DNA of 64,000 nt, taken from the NCBI GenBank assembly GCA_951406725.2, contig OX597832.1:39556001-39620000 (forward strand), read 5' to 3'. Shown one piece after another: positions 16,588 to 31,196 of the stretch. Every line of letters starts with the position of its first letter. Within the stretch, counting starts at the first letter, position 1. The notes beneath the pieces are model-generated. The model was not told the origin of the DNA and made no database searches. It saw only the letters and a program-made list of their open reading frames with translations. Source of the DNA: Octopus vulgaris. Taxonomy: Eukaryota. The translations under genes were made by a program, and so were the position numbers.

Positions 16588-16819
16588 AGACACACGCGCT
16601 CACACATACATGTATAGACAATAGGTGAAAGTTGGATGTGTTTCCAGTATAGAAAACACACAGTAGAGCTCAAAAGGATTTAAGCTTAAAACTCCGAGTT
16701 CTTCGTCCAGGGAGGGCCTTCGCCATCGAGAATGACTACAACAGGGATAGAAATCGACCTGAAATGGAAATTACTTACATACCCCTTTTTGCACATATTA
16801 TCTGCAATTTATGATTATT

Positions 16820-17100
16820 GAGAGTGGATTTGGCAGATGGAAACTGAAAGAAGCCCGTCGAACATTTATATGTGTGTGTGTAATTGTGTGTCTGTGTTTG
16901 TCCCCCCCCACCACCACCACCACCATCGCTTGACAACTGATTTTGGTGTGTTTACGTCCCCGTAACTTAGCGGTTCGGTAAAAGATCCGATAGAAGTACT
17001 AAGCTTACAAAGAATAAGCCCTGGGGTCGATTTGCTCGACTAAAGGCAGTGCTCCATCATGACCGCAGTCAAATCACTGAAACAAGTGAAGGAAAAAAAG
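16820..17100 (+). mobile_element. SINE 3' part with CR1/L2-like LINE-type tail
   Basis: TTGGCAGATGGAAACTGAAAGAAGCCCGTCG...GTCCCCGTAACTTAGCGGTTCGG...CCGCAGTCAAATCACTGAAACAAG; the family recurs many times in the window. Confidence 0.8.
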
Positions 17101-17102
17101 GA

Positions 17103-17166
<64 letters not shown>

Positions 17167-18100
17167 ACACACACGACTACTCGGTCGGCTTACACAGTTT
17201 CCGTCTGCCAATTTCACTAACGAGGCATAGGTAGGCCTTGCGCTATCGTCGGAGACTTTTGCCCAAGGCGCTGCGCTGTAGAACTAAACACGAAAACACA
17301 CGGTTCTAAATCGAGATTCTTAACTACCCAGTCATGCCAACTCCTACATAGATTTCATAAGTAATAACGCTTCGTTTAATATAACCAAACGGGAAGCAAC
17401 TGAAGTTATTTTCGAGTAACGTCATAGACAAATAAGTTGAAAATTTAATAAATATCTTGTAGGTATAGTAATTATATTATACCAGAGATAAAAGGTAAAT
17501 TATCGTTATGGACAACATCAAGAAGCGCACTAATTAACCGTGATTGGACCATTCCATTCCTTGGCGTATTTGAAAAATGGCTGTAAAAGCGACAGAGATC
17601 AGACAGTGTGGCATTATTGATCTTTTATATAACATCATTATATCAGTGTGTGTGTGTGTGTGTGTTTTAGGAGGTGCGTGGCTTGGTGGTTAGGGTGTCG
17701 CATTCGTGATCTTAATGTTGTGGACCGGGCAATGTTTTATTGTTCTTGAGCAGGACACTTCATTTCACGTTGCTCCAGTCCACTCAACTGTCAACTCTTC
17801 TGGCTACAACGAGTATTCCTGCGTCTCGTCTAGGTGTGGGAAAGTATACGCGTTAGAGAATTCCGGGAAATTCGCCCTTTATACATTGCACCTGACACCT
17901 CACATCTGATGATTGAGAATAGGAATAAATAGGTGTCAGGTGCTAGATACATTAACTATAATAAACACTCGTTCCTCGGCATTGAGTACCATTTGAAACT
18001 TCTCGCCTCTACCTACGTACACTATAAACATACGTACATATATATATATATATACATGTGAATGTATGTATGCATATTTGTGTGTGTGCATGTGCATATG

Positions 18101-18481
<381 letters not shown>

Positions 18482-18624
18482 GCAGTTCTGGCGAAGCTCA
18501 TCGCAACAACGCTTTTGCTGTTCTGTAAACATTGTCACTTCTAAAAACAAAACATTTTATTTATACCTCATCTTAAACTAAAGCTATTTTACGCGTAATA
18601 TTCATTCTTTTATATATTCAAATC

Positions 18625-18809
18625 TCATTTCCTCCTTGCGGTGGGTTTATTAACATAGGCAAACATCGATGGATACGAACTCTCGTAAATTGACAGCGTT
18701 CGTTCAAATCCAGTATTTTCGAATGTTCCAGTCTTATTTATTGAATTTTTATTCTCTGTGCTTTCGCTTTTAAGCAAACCTAGTCGTGTTGACGGTGGGC
18801 TGTTACGCA
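18625..18809 (-). CDS. Candidate terminal coding exon of an unknown gene
   Basis: Acceptor atatttcctttcgtattAG (phase 1), open frame RNSPPSTRLG...GTFENTGFERTLSIYESSYPSMFAYVNKPTARRK*, and AATAAA on the minus strand at 18556-18561. The sequence is non-repetitive. No homology evidence. Confidence 0.35.
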
Positions 18810-18984
18810 CTAATACGAAAGGAAATATATTCAGACTACTCCATAGCTTCTGATTAAACCACGTTACTTTCCTGTCAGTGAAAAGGCTGAAAATTGTAGT
18901 TAAAAGGACATAGAAGAGACTAGTAAGAGTAGAAGTTATCTCTTGCCTGCCTCTAGTTTAAATTTCTAACTATTCAATATTAGT

Positions 18985-19195
18985 TACAAATTTTGGCACA
19001 AGACCAACAATTTCGGACGAGAGAGTAAGTCCATTATGTCGACCCTAGTACTCATCTGGTATTATTTTGGGGGTTTCGTAAGGATGAAAGACAAAGTCGA
19101 CCTCGGTGGAATTTGAATTCAGAACGTAAAGACAGAGGAAATGCCACTAAGCATTTTTCCCGGCATGCTCACGGTTCTACCAGCTCGGCGCCTTA
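18985..19195 (-). mobile_element. tRNA-derived SINE with Meta-type core
   Basis: Reverse complement of the head and core seen at 34867. Confidence 0.8.
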
Positions 19196-19719
19196 CAGTT
19201 TTCCAATATTGGTACTTCCGATTTGTGCCGTTTGGACAAGTATAAAACCTATGAAAAAAAAAAAAACTTCCTTATGATCTATCGCATAATCTTACCGTTG
19301 TTTTATAATTACCGTTGTCTTATAATTCCTTATAATTAAACTTCCTTATAATTTATCGCATGATCTTACTGTTGTTTTGCATAACCCGTCCTACAAACGG
19401 CATTTAACCACATAGACGTTACCCATCCTATATTGGATATTCAGTATGTGTAAAACATAAGCTCTTTTCAAGCTTTTCACTTTTAAGTGTTCTAAACCAT
19501 CAAATGTTATAACAGATGTACCATGTTATCATGTTAGGTAAGCAATCGGAAGATTAGCATGGTGTTCCTCAGAAAAAAGTTAATCACATAGCATTAAAAG
19601 CCCCTCACTGTTTCTCTAAGTGCAGGAATTATGACCAAGGGAAGTTGTTCTTGGAGAATTATGTGACACTATGAAGGTTTCACTACAAATGGCAAGTCAA
19701 TCAATCTTTAAGTTCTGCA

Positions 19720-20260
19720 TAATAATCGACTGTCCATCAATTTCGATGTATAAGCATCGAATTGTTCGATCTACTGAACAACCTCTTCATTGAATTAGCG
19801 AGTGAAATGGCTGTGTATTCCACAGACACGTGAACGCTTAACGTAATTCTCATACATAATCCCCGTGACACAAGTGTAGCAAGGCTGGACCTTTAAATTA
19901 CAAGTACGGCCCATCAAAAGGAGTTTCCGTCAACTTAAATCCACTCACAAGGCTTGATGTTCACCGGATGTTAGGACAAATATACTTGTCCAAGATGCTA
20001 TGAAGTGGGACCGAACCCAGGAGATCGTAGTTGGCTGCCATCTACACAGCTGGTGGCTGACAGAATCGTTAGCAACCTAGACAAAATGCTTAGAATCAGT
20101 TCGTCCAGCTTTACGTCCTGACTTCAACTGCCACCGAGGTCATCTTTGCCTTTCATCCTTTCTGAGCCGATAAAATAAGTACCAGTCAATTAATGGGTTC
20201 GATTTAATCGATTTAGCCACCTCCTTAAAATTCCTGGCCTTGAGCCAAAATTTGAAACCA
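19720..20260. mobile_element. SINE cluster (RTE-tail SINE on -, other SINE piece on -, Meta-core SINE on +)
   Basis: Similar to the 44835, 63050 and 34867 families. Confidence 0.7.
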
Positions 20261-20269
20261 TTATTAAAT

Positions 20270-20810
20270 ACGCTTTCACCATATAATTTAGCCAGAATGA
20301 CAAGCCATGCTCCGATTACTTTGCCTTAAACATAAAACGGTATTGGCATTGAAACTTGATTATATTTTCGCATCCGTGCTACAAAGACAATTTATCGCAA
20401 AGCCATTAATATGAAAACGAACATTTGGTAACAATTCAAGCGGATAAATGGCAACATTTCTGTTCACATTGATGAATCAATGAAGCTGTTCATTACTGCA
20501 ACCCTAAATAGTATATATTGTATGTGAAAGTGATTAGGTAGGAGATCCCGGTTTTATGTTTTAAAACGTAATTGAACTGACAGATCAGAAAAGTAGAGCT
20601 ATAGCTCGACATCAGTTGAACTGTCTCATCAAACTTAGATGTGATGAAGCATACTTGAAACGGAACCTTACAGCATTTGATATTGATGGGGCAAGGCTAA
20701 TGCTTGGTGTCAAACCTGGGATAGAAATAAATCTTGAACAACAATTATCTTTATGTAATAATTTGACACTGTCTTAATTACCAATTGAAAATTAGATGTG
20801 ATTATGTCGT
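20270..20810 (+). pseudogene. Decayed hAT-family (ZNF862/KIAA1586-like) transposase fragment
   Basis: Translates piecewise to ISVHIDES..., VIELTDQKSRAIA..., AFDIDGARLMLGVKPG (DGASVMLG motif) and II*HCLNYQLKL (HCxxHxLxL-like), with stops and frameshifts. Confidence 0.75.
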
Positions 20811-21119
20811 ATCTTGCTGAAAGGAGGGACTCTTAGTAATGAGAAATGAGTCAAGTAGGAGTATTCAAAATTTTCTAAAGCAATACAGCAATTTACAAAA
20901 GTGAGTGGAGAAGCTTCGCTGCCAAGAAGGTATTCTTGCTTTCAATAACTGCATTTAAATTCGTTTAAGGATAGAATTAAGGTGCATAACACTAGCTTAA
21001 ACAATTTCATCTGGTTACTTAAGGATAAAAACACTAGATTTAGTATGAAATGAAGAAAATTAGCTCAACTATACCTTGTATAGCAGGAGGAAAAAGTTGT
21101 AGCTTGTACATAAAGGAAA

Positions 21120-21450
21120 TTTACCTTTCGGGATCGATAAAATAAATACCAGTTAAGTGATGGGATCGATGTAATCGATTTAACTCCTGCCCGAAATTAT
21201 TGGCTTTATACCAAAAATTTTAATTTTTGCTTTTAATAAGGCGATTGATGGCAGAGTCGTTAGCACGCCGGACAGAATACTTAGAGGCGTTTGCCCTGTC
21301 TTTACGTTCTCAGTTCCAATTCCGCCAAGGTCGACTTTGGCTTTCATCTCTTCGGGGTCGATAACATAAGTACCAGTTGAGCATTGGGGTCGACGTAATC
21401 GACTTTACCCTCTTTTCCAATATTGCTGGCCTTGTTTCAAAATTTAAAAC
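21120..21450 (+). mobile_element. Two tandem Meta-core SINE copies
   Basis: CTTTCGGGATCGATAAAATAAATACCAG, then a full head GGCAGAGTCGTTAGCACGCCGG. Confidence 0.8.
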
Positions 21451-22324
21451 AAATAATAGCATACGTTTTGAAGAGTCCATTGTTTGGGTTAACTCATTTT
21501 TCTGTATAATTTTTGACTTCCAGTGCAACAGTGTTAAGGAATGCTGAATCCGAAGTTTTCATAATTCAGATTGATACAAGACAACAATCAGTAAACGATT
21601 TTCATTTAAAATCAGGAAGCAATTTTAAGTAGCATACTTCTTTTGGTTTTACTTATGGCTCTGACCTTCCTGACAGATTAGATCTGAGAAATCCACGGTA
21701 TTGATCATTTTACACCATTTTTGGGTGAATTATATTCCGTTTGTAGTTGCTCAGTCTAAAAGTAATTGTTTGAATACGCCTCCAAACTAGAACGACAAAT
21801 CGAGAAACGAGACTCATTTCGAAAAGTTTAAGAATTACGTTGCAATTATGTCTTCGTTTTGAAATACGCAATGAAGGAAGAAATAAGATATGGAAGCTGT
21901 TTCAACAGTCCTTTATTGGGGACTGTTGGAAATTCTCCTTTCAGATCTGTTGCTATTGAAATAAACTCAAAGGTACGACACGTTGCATCAATTTGGTTTG
22001 CTGAGAACGTTTATAAAAGAAATTGTATATTCGTGCGAGTTTGTGTGCGAGTGAGCACGTACATTTGTGTGAGTGTGTGTGCGCGTGTTGTGTGTGTCTG
22101 TGTGTGTGTCTGTGTGTGTCTGTGTTTGTGTGTGTGTGTCTGTGTGTGTGTGTCTGCATCTGTGTGTGTGTCTGTGTGTCTGTGTGTGCCGGTGTAAGAA
22201 ACTCACCTCTTAAGTCATTCTATAACTTCTGCCTATACAAACAATATATGCATGTATGTACACGTGTGTCATTATTATTATCATTGTTGCTGCTATTATT
22301 GTTATTATTATACAATTTTCTGGC

Positions 22325-22590
22325 TGAGGGCACTTCATCGGTTCAAATGAGTGAGTACTCCACAGGCACACGTACCAATAACGTAGTTTTCGGGGAGAAT
22401 CAACATGAGAAACCGAATGTGACAAGATTGAACTTTTGAATTAGAAGGACAGCTCATTTTTTTCTAGCTGAGTGGACTGCAGCATCGTGAAATAAAAAAG
22501 TCTTGGTCAAGAATACAATGCGCCATGGGGAATCGAACTCACGACCTTACGCTCGTGAGCCGAATACATTAACCATTAAGCCATGCGCCT
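22325..22590 (-). mobile_element. tRNA-derived SINE
   Basis: Minus-strand head GGCGCATGGCTTAATGGTTAA (A box)...GAGTTCGATTCCCC (B box). Confidence 0.8.
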
Positions 22591-22599
22591 TCATATATA

Positions 22600-22810
22600 C
22601 ACGGGGCGGGGTGCTGAAAAGTTCCTGGCTAAACGTCTTTACACTGCACAGAGTGGGCAGTTGCGCATGCAGTTGGGCACAATTTTTTTTTAAAGCTTCG
22701 TTCAGGATCTGTTCACCAGGTAGAATTCGCTTCGAGTCTAGCTCGTGTACAGACCCAGAACATAGCTGCACAGAAAATTATGCCCGGTAGCATGTGTAAC
22801 CTCCCACTGT
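22600..22810 (+). mobile_element. Tc1/mariner-type TIR-bearing remnant
   Basis: GGGGTGCTGAAAAGTTCCTGGCT is a mariner-like terminus; a related terminus lies at 62400-62430. Confidence 0.5.
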
Positions 22811-22940
22811 ATGCAATGAAAACACGTATAGGTCGTAAAACCATAAAAATATGGTCTATAAAATTGTAAAATAAAAGGAAATAAATTTTGAGAATGAACA
22901 ATTCTCCATATTTTATATCGTCTCAATTATTGGTAATATA

Positions 22941-23104
22941 CACTCCTGATAATATTACCATCCAGTGAAGGATATATGTGTATAGATATATATATATAAG
23001 TACCCTATTTTTAAATGCCTACAACCTCATTATGTTGACAACTATAGGCAATAAAAATTAAAATAACTACTTTTAACCATAGGCTGAAACAGCTGTAAGG
23101 AGTG
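22941..23104 (+). ncRNA. Degenerate type I hammerhead-like motif with very long stem II
   Basis: CACTCCT pairs perfectly with AGGAGTG (23098-23104). GAAACAGCTGTA at 23086-23097 has a palindromic stem III. The 5' core is damaged (CTGATAA overlapping stem I), and about 135 nt separate the halves. Confidence 0.5.
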
Positions 23105-25037
23105 ATTTTAATGATTTCAATAATTTATATTATGATTTTTATAATTTGTATTCTTATCTTATATGTATTGAATTATAAGATATATATGTATGCTATTGAG
23201 GTTCTCATTTTATTAAATGAATAAATAATCCAACATTCTAATATCCGAAAGTTGATGAACAAACTAAATTTGTTTCTCCATTTTCTTATTTGTATTATGT
23301 ATGTTTCAACTACATGTACTTATCGCGCTACTAATATTTTCCAGTACAGACTTATGTTCATTAGGTGTCAATCACTCTATACTTCCAAAACACTTTAAAT
23401 AGAGGAACAATTTAGAACCGTCACAAAGATAAAGCATGTCTTATGGAAGATACCAATTTGATGGGTAAAATAAAATAAAATGAAAAGTAAAATAAAAAAA
23501 TAAGAATTATAAAATAAAAATAAAATATAAAAAAATATAAAATGACACAAAAGTACAAATGTACAGACCGGGGATCGTGTGATGGAACGTGGAAATATGA
23601 AGGATATCAAATTTAAATGAATTTGTAAAAATAGATATAAGGAAAAAGGAAATAAAAATTATCACGAACAAAAGGTTCACAAGTAGTCGGAAATGCTGGC
23701 ACAATACAAAGTGACATGATATACAAGCCATACAAATCGATATATACATAAACTGTATAAATAGAAAAATCTAATTTGTTAATCAGTTAATGTCTGTGTG
23801 TGTATTTGTGCGTATAAATATATATATATACACACAAATATACACACACTCAAATATACAAACATACATACATGCATACATCGCGCAATGTATAGAATAT
23901 TTATTGTTTTAAAACAACAATAGATGTTCGCTAGGAGTGGCTGTGTAGTAAGTAGCTTGCTTACGAATCACATGGTTCCGGATTCAGTTACGGAGGACGT
24001 AAACACACCAGCATCGATTGTCAAGCGATGTTGGGGGGGGACAAACACAGACACAGAAGCACACACACACATACATATACATATACATATATATACGACG
24101 GGCTTCTGTTCAGTTTCCGTCCACCAAATCCACTCAAGGCTTTGGTCGGCCCGAGGCTATAGTAGAGGACACTTGCCCAAGGTGCCACACACACAGACAT
24201 ATATATATACATATGTATTATATAGAAGACACGAACCCAAATGGCCACGTAGTGGTATTGAACCCCGAACCATGTGGTTGAGAAGCAAATTTCTTACCAC
24301 TCAGTCAAACCTGAGTCTATATGTGCGCGTGTGTGCGTGTATCAGTATATGCGTGTACGTATGAGTCGATGTAAGTGTGCATGTATGTGTGTATTTCTGA
24401 ACGTTGTTATTTCTGTATTTCCGTATGCGTTTACACGTCTGTGAACAGAAGTGCATTACCATTTCCGTACGGATATATATATGTGTGTATGTATGCATGT
24501 GTAATATATGTATATCGATATTGAAATATTGAGAAAGAATGAGTTTTTGGTGTTTTTTTAGTGGGGGTTGTTTTTTTAACCAATATGATATAGACAAAAA
24601 TAATATCGTTTTGATATGTCGAGAATATCTGTGTTTTAGTAAAACATCTATCTCACTTCTCAAGGATTGTATATGTTGTTATGTTGATGTCGACGATCTT
24701 GTTGTCTTCGTCTTCGTCATTGTTGCTGTTATTGTCGCAGTTGATCTTGTTTTTCTTTTATGTGTATAGCGAGTGTGAATTCATGCTTGTATATTTGTAT
24801 GCGTGCGTTCTATGTGCGGTAGTATATATGTGTGTGTGTCTGTATGTGTCCATACGTATTTGTTGTCTGTAAACAGGCACGCGTGCAAATATGTCAGAGA
24901 AAGATTTGTAAGTGTTGATTCTCAACAAAAATATATAATGTATTATATTTCCTCCGGCAGTTAGTTTTAAATATGGTTATTTCATTAAAAAGGAAACGAA
25001 AATCAATTTTTCTTTTTGTTCATATACATACATACAT

Positions 25038-25107
<70 letters not shown>

Positions 25108-25465
25108 ACATATGTATACATATTTGTGTGTGCATGTATATGTGAATGCGTGAGTAAATATATATACACACACACACTAACACACATACATACATATATG
25201 TACATGCATATATGCATGTGTGTGTGCGTGCGTGCATGCGTGCGTGTATGTGCGCGTGTGTATGTGTGTGTATATCTGCACACAAACACGCATACATATG
25301 TATTATATGTTTGTGTATGTCTATATATCAACTTATTTAAATATATCTACGTCCACACATAAATTTAGACGCACACATGCATACACAAACACATGGAACA
25401 CACAAAGATATATTTGATTAAATGCAAATATACTGGTATGGTGGATAAATATATACAAATATACT

Positions 25466-25533
<68 letters not shown>

Positions 25534-26485
25534 TGTACGTAGGTAGGCAGGTAGGTAAGCAGGTCGCTAGGTAGGTAGGTAGGTAGGTAGGTATTGAATT
25601 CCATAATCTAATAAAATAAAAAAACAGTAACAACAATAATAATAATAACATCAGCTACAAAAATAGCAACAAAAAACACCAGCAATGAACAAGAGTACAA
25701 AGATTAATGTAATAACCCTGCAGAGAAAAGGAAAATAAATTGACGTTTCGGATAGCTTTTCTTTGCCAAGATGGAAGAAAAGAAAAGGAGGAAAAATGGG
25801 ACAAAAACTCATGATATTGGGTAGGAGGTACGTATTGTAATAGCGGACAGGAAGTGTGTAGAATAAGTAACGAGTTTTGTGGTAGGAAAAGAGTGATTGT
25901 GTGATAAAGAAAAGGTTTGAAAAGCGTGGGGAGAAACGAAATTGTGTTTCTGTTATTAATAATGAATCAAGTAAGATTGTTAATGAGTGGGTTGAGCACA
26001 ATGTTGTAGTGTGTGGGCGTCCGTGTAAGTGTATGGGAAGAAGACAAACCAGGGATGAGTGTGCGTGTGTGCGTGCATGTGTGCGTGTGTGTGTTTGTGT
26101 GTTTGTCTGTGTACTTTTGTCCGTTAATTTTGTTATCGTATTCGTTTTTTTTTTAGCCCTATTTTTGCTTTTGTGTTACCTGACTGTTAACTACCTACTT
26201 GAAGAAATTCTAAGGCGGAGTAACAACGACAGAAACGAGACAAAATAAAAATTAAGTTAAATAGAAAACCCAGAAACGAAAGAGGAATTCAGTAAAAACA
26301 GAAATAATGAAAGTAGAATATAGAAGCGGAGAAAAGAGAGAAAAAATGAGAGAGAAAAAGACAGAAGGAGGGAAAGAGAGGAAGAAGAAAGTAGAGATGG
26401 AGAGAAAAGTAGAATAAAGTAGAAAATGGTCGCACATTCGTTATGACGACGAATTAAAATAAATGACGGAGAAATTTGTAATCTA

Positions 26486-26526
<41 letters not shown>

Positions 26527-26588
26527 TACATGCATAAACGTACAAATACGTTTATGTATGTATATGTATAGGTAAATACATACATATA

Positions 26589-26694
<106 letters not shown>

Positions 26695-26794
26695 TGTACA
26701 TATACCTATACATACACACAGGTGTGCATATGTGTATATGCATATACACAAATTTTATATATGCGTGCATATATATATATATATATATACATAC

Positions 26795-26827
<33 letters not shown>

Positions 26828-27478
26828 TGTATGTATGTATGTATGTATGTATGTATGTGTATGTATATGTATGTATACGTACACATATGCATATATGTGT
26901 GTGTGTGAGTGCGTGTGTGTACATACATATACGCATGCATGTATATATACATTGGTGTACATAGATGTATTGTTTCAATGCCACTCAAAAATGTCATTAA
27001 AGAATGACACTGCCTATACACACACGCACATAACCCACACATACACACACACAAACTCACTTGTGCACACACAAGCACATACACACACAGACTACACGCA
27101 AGCACACACAAAAACACGCGTAATCATATATCTTTTAAAATGTTATTGTGAAGTGGTAGTGAATCGATGTTTATAAACAATAATGGAAGAGATTCGGTTG
27201 TCAATGTGGAAGATAAGAATAGGGTCGAAAGATATTGGTACGCTGCTTCGTGTTCACACATACGTTTATAGATTTCATTTATATATTGACGCATATACAC
27301 AGCTTCATTCAAGAACACAGCTATCTATCTATCTATCTATCTATCTATTTATCTATCTATCTATCTACCTATCTATCTATCTGTCTGTCTATATATATAT
27401 ATTATCTATCTATTTATCTATCTACCTAACTATTTATTTATCTATCTATTTATCTATCTATCAATCTATCTATCTATC

Positions 27479-27545
<67 letters not shown>

Positions 27546-27696
27546 CTATCTATCTATCTATCTATCTGCATGTCTGTCTTTCTACCTGTCTGTCTCTTTG
27601 TCCATCTGTCTATCTATCTGTCTCTCTACCTCCCTACCGACAAACCTATCTATCTCTCTATCATTCTATGTTTGTCTATCTATCTGTATGTACATA

Positions 27697-27728
<32 letters not shown>

Positions 27729-27758
27729 TGTATGTGTGTGTGTATGTGTGTGTGTGTG

Positions 27759-27938
27759 TAGAAGGTTGAAAAAGAACACACGTGTTGATATGTATAAGGA
27801 AAATAAGACAAGGTAGAAAATGCTAAAATAATTTTATCGTGAAGAACATTTTAGCACTGGTTTTAGTGTCTGCGATTTTTTCAACTTAGACTAAAGCATG
27901 AAAAACAATTAAATTGGGGAAAAATTAAATGAAATGTT

Positions 27939-27939
<1 letters not shown>
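27759..27939 (-). mobile_element. Microsatellite-anchored module, copy 1 (degenerate U3-A8 hammerhead-like)
   Basis: Closely similar to 30741-30920; starts at a (TG)n tract. Confidence 0.6.
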
Positions 27940-27969
<30 letters not shown>

Positions 27970-28294
27970 TTCTGTGCGTCTGTCCTTCTACCTAACTTGT
28001 TAACTCTAGCTATCTGATTATGGCATTCAATAATCTGAAACCTCTGCACTATTTCAATGGTACCTATGTACGGTTGTGCAATCGATTAGAAACATCAGAT
28101 TTATTTTCCTCAAATTGGACTGCGTCGGACTTTTATATACACAATACTCAGAAAGGTGAAAAATAGTCGTGGCCAAAACACCTTTATACCCCGTTTTCTC
28201 CATTCAGACATGACCTGGCGTTAAACAACAATAGCAGCAAGGATCAACGGAGCATGTAAGGACAATATGATTCTCTCTCTTAAGTAGCGAATCA

Positions 28295-28437
28295 TTTCTC
28301 TCTCTCTCTCTCCTCTCTCTTATTCACTTTCTGTATCTCTCTCTTTCACTTTCACTTTCTCTCTCTCTCTCCCCTCTCTCTCATTCTCATTCTCTATCTC
28401 TCTCTTTCACTCTCACTTTCTCTCTCTCTGTCACTCA

Positions 28438-28475
<38 letters not shown>

Positions 28476-28569
28476 CACTTTTTCTATCTCTCTCTTTCAC
28501 TCTCACTTTCTCTCTCTCACTCACTGTCTTTCTCTCTCTCATTCACTTTTTCTATCTATCTCTTTCTCT

Positions 28570-28628
<59 letters not shown>

Positions 28629-28630
28629 AC
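28295..28630. repeat. CT-rich minisatellite with higher-order TTCACTCTCACTTTC(TC)n units
   Basis: Direct observation. Confidence 0.85.
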
Positions 28631-28899
28631 ACAACTGAAAACAGAGTTGGTAAGAATGAAGACCAAACACTACGTCATTTACTTTCTACTGTAAAAAAGT
28701 TAAAGCCAAGAAAAAAAAAGACTGAATACTAGTCCCTTGTTAAGGCCTTACTAAGCAGGTATAAGTCAGAGAGAAAAAGTGAATTAAACAAAGAGAGAAA
28801 ACAAGCATATAATTTGGTTGTAGTCTATCTCCAGATCAGCCTTGACTCGGCTGCTTTGTTACTAAAAGCATTCTAAATATGGCCATTCAGTCTTTTGTA

Positions 28900-29485
28900 T
28901 ATGAGGAGACCCCTTCGGTCATGAATAGCCATGGGATTGCACCTAGAAAGTTACCATCCGAGGCACAAGTCCGAGCAAGGTTGCTTGTGAAAGGCCAGCA
29001 GTCGCCTATGCATACCAGCCTCCCCTCTCCACACCACCGATGTTATCCAAGGGAAAGTCAAAAACCGATACAGTTTGGCACCAGTGATGTCGCGACTCAT
29101 TTCTACAGCTGAGTTAACTGGAGCAACGTGAAATAAAGTGTCTTGCTCAAGAACACAACATGCAGCCCAGTTCGGGAATCAAACTCACAACCTCACGATC
29201 GTAAGCTCGACACTCTCATCACTGAGCCATGTATATAATATCTATATTATCTAATATACAGATAGTATCAAGGCGGCTAGCAGACAGAATCGTTCGCACG
29301 CCGGGCAAAATGCTTAGCGACATTTCGTCCGTCTTTACGTTCCGAGTTCAAATTCGGCAAAGCTAGACTTTACCTTTCATCTTTCAGAGGTCGATAAAAT
29401 AAGTATCAGTTGAAAACTAGGATCGATCTAATCGACTTATCTCTCCCCTGAGATTGCTGGCCTTGTACCAAAATTTGAAACCAAT
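28900..29485. mobile_element. Head-to-head SINE pair (tRNA SINE on - 28900-29230; Meta-core SINE on + 29270-29485)
   Basis: A/B boxes on both strands; similar to the 55150 and 34867 copies. Confidence 0.8.
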
Positions 29486-30164
29486 ATATTGATTGCATAT
29501 ACTACTATATATCATCTAATATAAATAGTATATTTTTTAGATAATAAGTTTAGATTTGAGACATAGACGAGTACTATTTCTAGCAATTCGGTTAACCACG
29601 TACAGGCTCCTTTATTGGGTCACAGACTCCATTTAGTCATTCATTTTGTTGGAGTCGATTCCGCTTGTACAAGGATGATTAAATAAATAAGCGAATAGAT
29701 CGATGTCTTGCTGGCTTGCTGGTTGGCTGGATGGCTTGTTAGATGGACGGATGCATTGATAAACAAGCATCTTTAGACTTTTATAACCATTTTTATATAC
29801 TTCGCCATACTCCCCAGGTAATATCGCAGATATTTTTGTATTTAACTTCCTGACAAAAATAAAACTGCAGCTTGTTTGAAGAATATGGTTTCAAGAACTC
29901 TTGAGGAAACGCTTGATGTTGGCTTTTATTAAAAACCAAGAAATATCTTATTTCTGGGTTTTATTGGATTACAATGTAGCATCAGATGGGATTATGGATG
30001 AATTTAGCCGAACTATCTTCTCGTAATCCGAGAGCTTCTGCTATAAATTACATTAATGCGATGCAATGAAGAATTAAGACATTTGATTACTACACAAAGC
30101 CTGAAACTTCAAAACAAACGATTTTTAAAGCGTTCAGCTTAATCCTTTCCCACAGACCACTTAC

Positions 30165-30246
30165 TTTGTCCATGCCATAACTTTTCCTCCATGACCTTTG
30201 CAGAATACGGACTGATGGATCGCTGTATTAACTTCAAACTTTGTAA
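30165..30246 (-). CDS. Candidate internal exon (weak)
   Basis: Strong donor AAA|GTAAGT and open frame ..AIHQSVFCKGHGGKVMAWT; the acceptor is ambiguous. Confidence 0.2.
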
Positions 30247-30443
30247 CTTTATAAATAACAGATTTCAACACCGATAATCTGATTTAATACCTTACGCCAT
30301 TCTCATAAATATGTGTACATACATGTATGCACCAACCACTTGGCTTGATGGTGGAGCACTCAATCACTATCTGAGGGTCACAGTTTCGATTCCCGTATCC
30401 ACCTACTGGAAACTTTATATATATATAATATATATATATATAT

Positions 30444-30515
<72 letters not shown>

Positions 30516-30541
30516 ATATATACATCAGTATATATATACAT

Positions 30542-30585
<44 letters not shown>

Positions 30586-30740
30586 ACCTGCTCGCTTAGC
30601 CAGCGGGGTGACGTCATTTAAAGGCTAAAACAATGCGAAACGCATTGTAACCAGCGATGTGTAGCAACATCTGATAGCCTTGTCGGTCACGGTGATCACG
30701 GTGATACATATATATATATACATATATATATATGTGCGTG

Positions 30741-30920
30741 TAGAAGGTTAAAAAGGAACACACGAGTTTGTTTGTATAAGGAAAATAAGACGAAGTATAA
30801 AATGCTAAAATAATGTTATCATGAAGAACATTTTAGTACCGGTTTTAGTCTTTGCAACTTTTTCAACTTAGAGTAAAGCATGAAAAACGATTAAATTATG
30901 GAAAAATTAAATGAAATGTT
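30741..30920 (-). mobile_element. Microsatellite-anchored module, copy 2 (degenerate U3-A8 hammerhead-like)
   Basis: Minus strand 30834-30869 reads ag-TTGAAAA-AGTT-gcaaa-GACT-AAAA-CCGG-TA-ct. Confidence 0.6.
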
Positions 30921-31078
30921 TTTTTTTAATATTTCCATAGTTTTCAAATACAAGGGAATTTTCCTTTTTTTCTCCTGTCTGTCTCTCTTTCTCACTCTCG
31001 TTTTTACTCTTGTGAAGGTTCGTGGCAGGTAATAGGTAGTTCTTGGTTTTGATTGTAGTAGGAAGGAGGAAGGAGGCG

Positions 31079-31196
31079 AAGAAGAAGAAGAAGAAGAAGA
31101 AGAAGAAGAAGAAGAAGAAGAAGAAGAAGAAGAAGAAGAAGAAGAAGAAGAAGAAGAAGAAGAAGAAGAAGAAGAAGAAGAAGAAGAAGAAGAAGA
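31079..31196. repeat. (AAG)n microsatellite
   Basis: Direct observation. Confidence 0.97.

Noticed and set aside
29700-29850. Minus-strand GEYGEVYK resembling a kinase glycine loop
   Set aside because: No other kinase motifs are nearby; likely chance.
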